The notes under the pieces were generated by a model that saw nothing but the letters and a program-made list of their open reading frames with translations, ran no database searches and had not been told where the DNA came from. This document shows, piece after piece, positions 37,801 through 44,889 of a DNA stretch of 50,188 nt; the first letter of the stretch is position 1, and every line of letters begins with the position of its first letter. A program made the position numbers and the translations under genes. Source of the stretch: Verrucomicrobiales bacterium (lineage in GTDB: Bacteria; Verrucomicrobiota; Verrucomicrobiia; Verrucomicrobiales; DEV007); contig JAGNMT010000001.1 of NCBI GenBank assembly GCA_017991025.1, positions 1 to 50,188 on the forward strand, in the 5' to 3' direction.

Positions 37801-38568
37801 ATCGACGATGCGCCATGCCTTGGGGTGGAAGGAATCGGGTTTGGAGGGGAGTTTCGAGATTTCCGCCAAGCGGACTTCGAGCGAGCAGCTTTCGCCAATG
37901 TCATCGGCCAGCGACATCCACCCTATCAATCGCCTGAGGGCTTCGGCAGAAGTGATGTAGAGATAATCGCCGACGAGGATGCGAATGCTTGCCTCGGCCC
38001 GGAGGGCGGCGAAGATCGATTGTTGGATGAGGTCGAGGCCGGAGGGCTGGATGAAGGAGGCGAGGAGATCGATTTCCGCGGCGGCGGAAACGCGCTGGCC
38101 GATGCGTTTCCAGAGCGGCGCGGCGGGGTGGCCGGTCGTGAGAGTGAGCGCAGGGGACGCAGGGGATTCCGGATTCTTTCCCGTGAGATAATTCCCCTTG
38201 TCCGGGATGACATGGCGGACGCCGCCGCGAGGATCGGCCATGTCACCGAGATAGCGCGGGATGACGTGGATGTGGACGTGAGGGACTGTCTGGCCGGAGG
38301 CGGCACCGGAGTTGAAGCCGACGTTGTAACCGTCGGGTTTTGGATCAAGGTTTAGATCGAGGAGGTGTTTGACGTCTTTCACCAATGCCATCAGTGCGGA
38401 CTGTTCCTCGTCTGTTGCCTCGAACCATGTTTCAACGATGCGCCGGGTCGTGACGAGGACATGGCCCGGAGAAACGGGAAACCCATCGAAGATCGCGAAA
38501 GCCAAGGCATTCGAGCAGAGCCAATGGTCCGCCGAAACGGCGTGGAATGGTGACTCGTAATCGGTCAT
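34858..38568 (-). CDS. HIT + PLD nuclease + SF2 helicase + S24 peptidase-like fusion (SauUSI-like core)
   Basis: HIT HVHIHVIPR; PLD FHPKAW...GSSNLS; helicase ATGLGKT, DEVHH, LTATPER, QQLGRGLR; C-terminal VRGHSMEP...TLKKY...LLPLNPDY. Confidence 0.88.
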   Translation of the reverse strand: MTDYESPFHAVSADHWLCSNALAFAIFDGFPVSPGHVLVTTRRIVETWFEATDEEQSALMALVKDVKHLLDLNLDPKPDGYNVGFNSGAASGQTVPHVHIHVIPRYLGDMADPRGGVRHVIPDKGNYLTGKNPESPASPALTLTTGHPAAPLWKRIGQRVSAAAEIDLLASFIQPSGLDLIQQSIFAALRAEASIRILVGDYLYITSAEALRRLIGWMSLADDIGESCSLEVRLAEISKLPSKPDSFHPKAWRIVDSSGGLLVVGSSNLSKAALETGVEWNLIRQTTGSEPIDRELARAFTDLWHQATPLDESVVSRYAEHAKEAHRKFLPPESVDLPTILYLPRPWQRSALESLDLIRSNAYRRALVAVATGLGKTWLAAFDVLAVGKSLNRPPRVLIIAHRAEILIQAEATIRTAMQSEWEETRVTWYLGANSDMSGDLVVASVQKLTRPEGLAELDRQRFDYAVIDEVHHAQAPSYRRVMTRLNATFILGLTATPERTDGVDVASLFDDVLAWQATVGDGIAEGSLVPFHYLGLKDGVDFEQIPWRNGRFDPTALEEKLENSERMERLWTAWQTDPDARTLVFCCSRRHALYTRDWLRRRQVRAAAVFSGSGGDPRSDSLSDFIDGALQALCVVDLFNEGLDVPDVDRVVMLRPTESKVIFLQQLGRGLRAAENKLRLKVIDFVGNHRVFASRLTHLLSLGNHSATWTDLKKFLKGGTPDLPEGCLLDLEVEAKELMLRLVPNTGSAVVEAYRSMRDELGRRPSPSELFHHGYLPRTLAARFNSWFGFISEQDDLTENERLVFASFESWLTMLEGTNLNKSYKMVVLRVLLDRDALWDGMEIEKLAVACREFLLSHPTLRHDLPPTQQFPDPAKAPIQAWAKWWLEWPLSRWMDEQAGRRWFKREGDRFLAAFPCPENLRPDFETMTAELVDYRLAHYAKTRIEKPAELTAGRFVAKVSHSGGKPILRLPTVEELPGRPIGPTTATLPDGSQWVFKFVKIACNVASPLGSEENQILPLLRGWFGENAGAPGTNYQVAFTKSETGWTVEPVAVATPLRVVEASPETGEIEHRENRSLPGFVESPTGGDKFTRLVPVYSLEAAAGLWGPESTPEEIGWAEVGGTAIKPGMFIARVRGHSMEPKIKDGSWNLFRPCPAGSREGRIVLVQFNSMGDPENGGRFTLKKYHSAKTVSEDAWQHDRIELLPLNPDYDPIPVAAHEGPELVVVGEWVASMD

Positions 38569-38904
38569 GCCGCTTTTGCGCGCTCACGGCTCAATCCATG
38601 TCCTCGTATAAGGTTGTGGTCCGGGTTTTCGTCTTCCATGGATGGGTTTAGGCAGAAGCGTCAGGATTGTGAATCGTGGAGTTGCTGCTAAAGGAGATCA
38701 AGCCCAAACCGGTTCCCACCAGGGACAGCGGCGAGCATCTACAGCCGATCCACCAGGCGAAGGCATATCGGCGCACCGTAGACGAGTCGCACGAGAAGGA
38801 CGCAAGCCATTGCGCCTCCACACAAAGAATTCCCGTGCGATCCAGAAGTCGGACTTTCGTTGGCTACTCCTTGCGCTGAATCGCTCTCACCTCATCTTCC
38901 CCGC

Positions 38905-40377
38905 CTAGGCCTCCTTCAGACAAAATCCCGCAAACCCCTCCGCCAACGCCACCACCTCTTCCCGCTTCGCCAGAGCCTCAACCCATTCTACAGGGATTGC
39001 GCCCTCTCCGTGAATGAGCCCCGCCAACCCACCGGCGACGCAGCCCGTCGTGTCGGTATCGTCGCCAAGATTGACGGCATGGAGGACGGCGTCCGAGAAA
39101 TCGTCGTTGCGCGCGTTGACCCAGAGGGCGGCTTCGAGCGTGTCGATGACATGACCGCTGGAGCGGATCTCGTCTTCATCGCGGGTGAAGAGCCGGTCCG
39201 GGTGCAGGGCCTCGAAGCGGTGGCGCTCGGCGGGCGAGAAGGTCCAGCGATGATCGAGGATCTCCCAGGCGAAGGCCGTGGCCTCCTCGATCGTGCCGCC
39301 GTGCAGGAGGTCGCCGGCGACGAGGCAATAGAAGGCGCAGCAAAAGCGGGAGCGTTCGTGGGCGTGGGTGACGGCGGAGATCTCGGAGGCTTTGACTATG
39401 AGATCGGGATCATCGGCGTAGGCGAGGGCGATCGGAAGAATGCGCATGAGCGCCCCGTTGCCGTTGGAACTTTCCGAGGTGCCGCCGCATTCGAGCGGGG
39501 GAGTGCCGGAACGGAAGCGGGTCAGGGCCTCGCGGGTGGCGTTTCCGATGTCAAAGACGACGCCGTGCGCAGTGTGTCGGGCTTTGTCCATCCACAGGCC
39601 AAACTGGCGCATCACTGCGGCCGGGTCGTAGCCGCCGGATTCGATCAAACCCGTCATGGTCGCGAGGATCATGGAAGTGTCGTCGGACCAGGTCCCGGCG
39701 GGTTGATGGTGGGTGCCGTAGGCGCGCATCCCCGTGACCGGGTCCGCCTTCCGGGCGGAACGTCCCTGGAACTCGACCGGCACGCCGAGGGCATCACCGA
39801 TGGCGGCACCGAGGAGGGCGGCGCGGACGACGGAGGGAGTGACGGTGCCGGCGGGATTCCATTCGCGGACGTAGCGCCGTTGTTCGTCGGTCTCGGGGCT
39901 CTCTGAGAAGGCGGCTTTGGCGCAGGCCTGCCAGCGCGAGGAGAGGACCGCGAGGGACTCGTCGCCACGATGGCCGAAGAGGTCGTTGAGGACACAAGCG
40001 GCCACGGTGCCGGTGCGACCGCGTCCACCCCAGCAATGGAGATAAAGGGTGCGGCCCCGGTGTCGCTCGCGCCGGATAGTGCGGAGGATGTCGCGCATGT
40101 CCTTCGTCCGCTGCGGCACGGACATGTCGCGGATGGGATGGCGGAGAAAGGTGAGCTCCCCGGGATCGATGCCGAGCGAGACGGCGGTGGCCAAGGCGAT
40201 CTCGCGGTAGGGTTTCAGTTCGCCTTCCTCGGTGAGGTCGAGAAAGACGCGGACTCCGGCCGTGAGGATCGCGGTCATGCCCTCGTGATCCTCGAGGTCG
40301 TCAAAGTCGCGGGGGTATTCGCCGCAGAGGATGCGTCCAGGCTCGAGCCAGTAGCTGTTGAGGAAGGGTGGGGTCAT
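38905..40377 (-). CDS. Dual-specificity phosphatase fused to ADP-ribosylglycohydrolase (DraG-like)
   Basis: CX5R loop HCWGGRGRTG, PETDEQ; ARH motifs GDALG, WSDDT, GNGALMR, GDDTDT. Confidence 0.9.
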   Translation of the reverse strand: MTPPFLNSYWLEPGRILCGEYPRDFDDLEDHEGMTAILTAGVRVFLDLTEEGELKPYREIALATAVSLGIDPGELTFLRHPIRDMSVPQRTKDMRDILRTIRRERHRGRTLYLHCWGGRGRTGTVAACVLNDLFGHRGDESLAVLSSRWQACAKAAFSESPETDEQRRYVREWNPAGTVTPSVVRAALLGAAIGDALGVPVEFQGRSARKADPVTGMRAYGTHHQPAGTWSDDTSMILATMTGLIESGGYDPAAVMRQFGLWMDKARHTAHGVVFDIGNATREALTRFRSGTPPLECGGTSESSNGNGALMRILPIALAYADDPDLIVKASEISAVTHAHERSRFCCAFYCLVAGDLLHGGTIEEATAFAWEILDHRWTFSPAERHRFEALHPDRLFTRDEDEIRSSGHVIDTLEAALWVNARNDDFSDAVLHAVNLGDDTDTTGCVAGGLAGLIHGEGAIPVEWVEALAKREEVVALAEGFAGFCLKEA

Positions 40378-41267
40378 GCGGAGGGATCGCATCCGAAACG
40401 GTTCTGTGAACCGTTGGCAGCCGAAAGGAACTCTTGGAGGAGGGGCGTGAAGGCGGACTCGGGAGCTTTTTCAAATAGTTCCTCGAAGCTGAGGTGTTGC
40501 AGGGTGAACCGGTTTGTGAGGATATCGAGGAGGTGGTCATTCTCGGGATACTTCCAGTCGGAATGCGAGCGCTTGGGCATGCGCCGGTAGGAGCGTTGCC
40601 ATTCGCGCAGGAGGATCTCCGGGTTCTTGTATTCCTCGAGCTTGTAGTGATAGAGCCGGGATTTCGGCTCGGTGCCCACAAAGATTCGCGGGGTGACAAG
40701 AGTGACGGTGATCCGTTCCACACACTGCTTGTTGATCTGGAAGGTGACGGCATTCTCGATCACGCGGGAAAGCCGGTTGCGGTGTTGATCATGGGTGACG
40801 TTTTTGGAGATGTCGGAATACCACTTCATCTCACAGAAGGTGATGGACGAACCAAGCGTCGGGTCGTAGGCGATCCCTCCTTCCTTGGCGGGACGATCCG
40901 TTGTGTCCACCTTCACGGAGGGACGATCGGTGATCGCACCGATGGCGAGATCGACGTTCGTGTTGCCTTCCTTGCTCCGCGGCGGCATGGGCAGGGCCTC
41001 GAGCCGGATGGGATGCTGGGCCGACGGATCCACCGCGGTGCCGGAAAGGAGGGATTCGAGCTTTCGGATTCCGTCCCAGCCGGACGCCGCGTAGGAAATT
41101 CCAAGGAGAAACGTCCAGACGACCTCGTCGTAGAAATCGGGGCGGCCGGCCTCCAGTTGATCGTTGAGCCGTCGAACGAGGTGGCTCCAACGATCGTCCG
41201 TGATCCGGAAAAAGGTGCGAAGGTGTTTGGTTTCCTTTTCAATCCAGCTTTGCATGAGATGATCCAT
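40374..41267 (-). CDS. Hypothetical protein, PD-(D/E)xK-like
   Basis: EGNTNVDLAIG...FCEMKWYSD...RNRLSR motif; overlaps the WYL gene end and is ATGA-coupled to the downstream gene. Confidence 0.65.
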   Translation of the reverse strand: MDHLMQSWIEKETKHLRTFFRITDDRWSHLVRRLNDQLEAGRPDFYDEVVWTFLLGISYAASGWDGIRKLESLLSGTAVDPSAQHPIRLEALPMPPRSKEGNTNVDLAIGAITDRPSVKVDTTDRPAKEGGIAYDPTLGSSITFCEMKWYSDISKNVTHDQHRNRLSRVIENAVTFQINKQCVERITVTLVTPRIFVGTEPKSRLYHYKLEEYKNPEILLREWQRSYRRMPKRSHSDWKYPENDHLLDILTNRFTLQHLSFEELFEKAPESAFTPLLQEFLSAANGSQNRFGCDPSA

Positions 41268-42300
41268 GATAGAGTTTCTTCGTCGTGGTGAGTGCTTCGA
41301 GGATTTCGGTCCGCAGCTCCGGCGGTGACAACACCTCCACCTGCGGCCCCCAACTCAGGATCCAGCGCCGGATCTCTTCGAAGCTGCTGAGTTCGAGAGT
41401 CATGACGAGCTCCTCGGCCTGCTTTCCCTTCCACTCGATCTGCTGGCTGGGATGCCAGCGACGCTCCGAGACAAGGCGGGCGGCCCATCCGGTGAAGCTG
41501 AGCCGTATGCGACTTCGTTTGCCTCGTTCGCCTGGACTATGCCAGACTCCGAAGCTGCCGCCAAGGTGGTCGTTCAGGGAAAAGTCGGCGGGACGGAGGA
41601 AGCGGACTTTCAGGGGGCGTGCCCTGCGGATGCGCTGAAGGGCAAAGGTTCGCCGGGCCTTGCGGTCGGGATCGAAGCCGATGACGTACCAGCCGCCGTC
41701 GAACTCGGTGAGGTGGTAGGGCTGGAGGCGACGTGGTTCCCATTCCTCGCCGTCGATCTTGCGGTAGTCGAACTTCAGCTCGCAGGTCTCAAGGATGGCC
41801 CTAGCCACCTTTTCGAAAAGGACGACATCCGCGGGAACGACCCCGGAGTCCCGCGCCGAGAACACTTCGTCGAGATCCGACCAGTGGAACGACACCTCGC
41901 CGACAAGGGTGGAGGAAAGGCGACGGAAACTTTCCCGCAGAGTCTCCTCGAGCGGGGATCCGTGGATAGGCGTGATCGCCTTCCGGGCGAGGAAGAGGGC
42001 GACGACGTCCCCCACCGACACCTTGAGCAGGGGGAAGTCCTGCACGGGCCGCGCATAGTGGTAGCCGTGGCGGAGGCTGTCATATTCGATGGGCAAGCCG
42101 AGGTCCTTCTGCATGAAGGTGACGTCCCGCTGGATCGTCTTCGGGATCACCCCGATCTGTTCGGCGAGGGTGCGGCAGTTCGGGAAACACCCGCTTTGGA
42201 TGGCCTGGTGAATCTCGAAGATCCGCTCGATCGGCCTCCGGGTTTCACCATAACGTTTCTCAGAGAGAGGTGGTTTCCGGGCGGAGGCTCGTTTCTTCAT
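41239..42300 (-). CDS. HTH-WYL-WCX transcriptional regulator (PafC/BrxR-like architecture)
   Basis: wHTH LAEQIGV.PKTIQRDV; WYL region RRLQPYHL...WYVIG...RTFALQRI; C-terminal WILSWG..VEVLSPPELR. Confidence 0.92.
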   Translation of the reverse strand: MKKRASARKPPLSEKRYGETRRPIERIFEIHQAIQSGCFPNCRTLAEQIGVIPKTIQRDVTFMQKDLGLPIEYDSLRHGYHYARPVQDFPLLKVSVGDVVALFLARKAITPIHGSPLEETLRESFRRLSSTLVGEVSFHWSDLDEVFSARDSGVVPADVVLFEKVARAILETCELKFDYRKIDGEEWEPRRLQPYHLTEFDGGWYVIGFDPDRKARRTFALQRIRRARPLKVRFLRPADFSLNDHLGGSFGVWHSPGERGKRSRIRLSFTGWAARLVSERRWHPSQQIEWKGKQAEELVMTLELSSFEEIRRWILSWGPQVEVLSPPELRTEILEALTTTKKLYHGSSHAKLD

Positions 42301-42377
42301 CGGTGGGATTCTAGCACCGATCGCGGCACTTTTTTCACTTTTTGAAAGGGGAGGGTCCACGGCAGTCCCACCCCCTG

Positions 42378-42386
42378 TGGTAAATT
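42378..42386 (+). promoter_or_regulatory. Extended -10 element, probable leaderless promoter of the vWA gene
   Basis: TGg-TAAATT ends 6 nt before the ATG at 42393; no Shine-Dalgarno. Confidence 0.5.
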
Positions 42387-42392
42387 GTCCCC

Positions 42393-43094
42393 ATGAGCAA
42401 GAAACCGAACCCAGCCAAACCGACCCAGAAACCCACCACCGAGATCGCCTTCATCCTCGACCGTTCCGGGTCGATGCAGGGGCACGTCGCCGCCGCCATC
42501 GGTGGCTTCAACGAATTCCTCGCCGACCAGCAGCAGGTCGAGGGCCTCGCCCGTCTCACCCTCGTGCTCTTCGACGATGTCTTCGAGACTCCCTTCGACA
42601 ACATCCCGATTTGCGAGGTCGTCCCCCTCGACACCCGCACTTACACGACGCGGAACACCACCGCCCTCCTCGATGCCATCGGACTGACGATCGAATCCTT
42701 CGAGAGACGCATCAAGGCACTGCCAAAGACCTCGCGCCCCTCGCAGGTGATCTTCGCGATCTTCACCGACGGCCTCGAGAACGCCTCGAGCCGCTACACC
42801 TGGAAGGACGTCGCCGCGAAGATCAAGGAGCGGCAGGAGAAGGACGGGTGGCAGTTCCTCTTCCTCGGTGCCAACCAGGATGCCATCGCCACGGCCGCAC
42901 AGATGAACATCCACGCCCACAATGCCGCCACGGCATCCTATTCGGACAAGGGGGTGCAGGGTTCGGCTCGGGCCTTCAGCCGGAAGGCCACGGCGCTGCG
43001 CGAGTCGCTCATGGCCGAGGGACCGTCACAGCTCAATCAGGACCTCAATCGCTCCATGGACCAGATCTTGCGGGAGGAGGAGGGGAGGGAATGA
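42393..43094 (+). CDS. von Willebrand factor A domain protein
   Basis: MIDAS DRSGSM, TALLDAIG, IFTDGLENAS, WQFLFLGAN. Confidence 0.9.
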   Translation: MSKKPNPAKPTQKPTTEIAFILDRSGSMQGHVAAAIGGFNEFLADQQQVEGLARLTLVLFDDVFETPFDNIPICEVVPLDTRTYTTRNTTALLDAIGLTIESFERRIKALPKTSRPSQVIFAIFTDGLENASSRYTWKDVAAKIKERQEKDGWQFLFLGANQDAIATAAQMNIHAHNAATASYSDKGVQGSARAFSRKATALRESLMAEGPSQLNQDLNRSMDQILREEEGRE

Positions 43095-43216
43095 CCCGAA
43101 CGGAATTCGGGGATTGCCCTACGGGGAGCTTCGCGGTATATCAGGCGCGTGATCCGATTTGAAGAGTCCGAATCGCACTCAAGCGGACCATTCGAGACGT
43201 TCTCATTAAGAATCCT

Positions 43217-44401
43217 ATGAGTCTATCCGATCACTCAGCACCCGGCAGTAACGCCGGATTCAGCTTTCAATTTGAACGTGCGCTTCAGTATCTCGCTACG
43301 GCGACGGCGGGCAGTCTGGTCGGCGTGGAAACAGATGATGATGTTGCAGTTCGCCGTGCTGATGGGACGCGCTTGTTGGAGCAAGACAAACACTCCATAA
43401 GGGAGAACGCCAAGCCATTCGGAGATCGGTCGAAAGATCTGTGGAACACACTGAAGATTTGGGTCGAAGCGATAGACTCGGGAGAAGTTCTTCCTGAGAA
43501 AACGCTTTTTTTGATGGTTACTAACAAGGAACTTCCCCAATGTATCGCCCATAAAATTGGAGCTGCGAAGAGCCAGAAAGAGGTCGATGCATGCATTACC
43601 GAACTAGAAACGGCTGCGATCTCCCCGCCTGAGGGCATTCAAACTATTGTTGCCCGCGTCTTGCGAAGTGAATCCCGCACCAATCTACAGAAGTTAATTA
43701 AACGCTGCCGGGTGGCCGATTCTACTGCGGAAACTGCAGGTGACGAGCTGCGTGTAAAGACGATTAGCCACCTACAGTTGCCGGAATGGTGTGCGTGCCA
43801 TGCGAATTCCATTTTTGATGAACTCTTGGGCTGGATGCACCGGACTGCATTGACGAGTTGGCAGCAGAATGAGCCTGCTTGGATCAAGCGGGATCATTTC
43901 GTAAACCAGATCCACGCGATCATTGATCTTCGGAAGCGACGAATCATTCGCGAGCGCGCCGAGCATCTCATTCTGGTGAGCGACGACAAGGTTGGTGAGG
44001 TGAAGGGGAGCAATTTCGTGAAGCAGATTCATCTAATATCGGATGACGACAGCGTCGCCGATACTGCCATTCGAGAATTCATCTGTTGTAACATCGAAAA
44101 GGCACGCCTATCAACCGAAGGAAATATCACCGACGACGATTGGTTGACCTTTGAATCCACCTTATTAACCCGCTGGTCCAAGATCCGCGCTCGAATCCTC
44201 CGAATGCGGAATAACGAAGCGGAGAGAGACGTTGGTTTCGAAGTTTTCACCGACACTACGGAAGCACACTGTGAGAAACTCGCAGGCAGCGATACTGAGC
44301 AAATCTATCTGACGTCGGGGTCTTACCACCGTTTGGCGGAACACCTTCAGGTCGGATGGCATCCGCGATTTGAAGAACTAATGCGGCAACCGAGCGAATG
44401 A
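43217..44401 (+). CDS. lmuA: Lamassu effector LmuA (Cap4-like nuclease plus ABC-3C C-terminal domain)
   Basis: AGFSFQF, ETDDDV...EQDKHS nuclease motif, DLWNTL..W, C-terminal GSYH.LA...VGWHP. Confidence 0.82.
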   Translation: MSLSDHSAPGSNAGFSFQFERALQYLATATAGSLVGVETDDDVAVRRADGTRLLEQDKHSIRENAKPFGDRSKDLWNTLKIWVEAIDSGEVLPEKTLFLMVTNKELPQCIAHKIGAAKSQKEVDACITELETAAISPPEGIQTIVARVLRSESRTNLQKLIKRCRVADSTAETAGDELRVKTISHLQLPEWCACHANSIFDELLGWMHRTALTSWQQNEPAWIKRDHFVNQIHAIIDLRKRRIIRERAEHLILVSDDKVGEVKGSNFVKQIHLISDDDSVADTAIREFICCNIEKARLSTEGNITDDDWLTFESTLLTRWSKIRARILRMRNNEAERDVGFEVFTDTTEAHCEKLAGSDTEQIYLTSGSYHRLAEHLQVGWHPRFEELMRQPSE

Positions 44402-44889
44402 TGATGGATATACTTTTTGAGCAGAAGGTGATCCAAAACACCGGCCTTGCGGCGGAGGCAATTTGGCAGGCGGTGCAAGAATCTTATGAATCTAAGGGCC
44501 GCTCCGAAGGCGTTTCGTTCCCTCTGGTGTTTCTTGTCCTTCCCCTCACATTTCATAAACGAACAGCCACGAGTCTTGCGACGAAGGCTCAACCTGGCGC
44601 GCTTTTTAAAGCACTTGGCGATGATCGTGAAATCACGGTCGGACTTCAGGAGCGGATGCAGGCGATGTCGGACCGCACCTTCCAAGCGCTATCGATCGGG
44701 TTCCAGTCCGGACTGATTCTGCTCGATCACGATCGTCAACGTCAAATCATTCCCGGCAGAAAAACGACACCAGTTTCTCATGTTACGGAAGACGTAAAAT
44801 TGGTTTTGAACGCGGCTAAACGTGTTGGTCAAGCCTTTGCAGAAATGACTGCCGTCCAACTTTCGACACATTTGAACATCCGATTCTGA
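44398..44889 (+). CDS. lmuC: Lamassu LmuC (ABC three-component middle component)
   Basis: 163 aa, N..LAA, FLVLPLTFH motif; coupled between lmuA and lmuB. Confidence 0.8.
   Translation: MMMDILFEQKVIQNTGLAAEAIWQAVQESYESKGRSEGVSFPLVFLVLPLTFHKRTATSLATKAQPGALFKALGDDREITVGLQERMQAMSDRTFQALSIGFQSGLILLDHDRQRQIIPGRKTTPVSHVTEDVKLVLNAAKRVGQAFAEMTAVQLSTHLNIRF

Noticed and set aside
38676-38879. Short ORF with an E.K...QAKAY pattern, possibly a nuclease remnant
   Set aside because: Too short and degenerate to support; opposite strand to the flanking operon
43091-43162. 23-codon ORF ATGA-coupled to the vWA stop, containing a CCCGAA/TTCGGG hairpin
   Set aside because: No recognisable homology, and the hairpin lacks a U-tract, so neither a gene nor a terminator is supported
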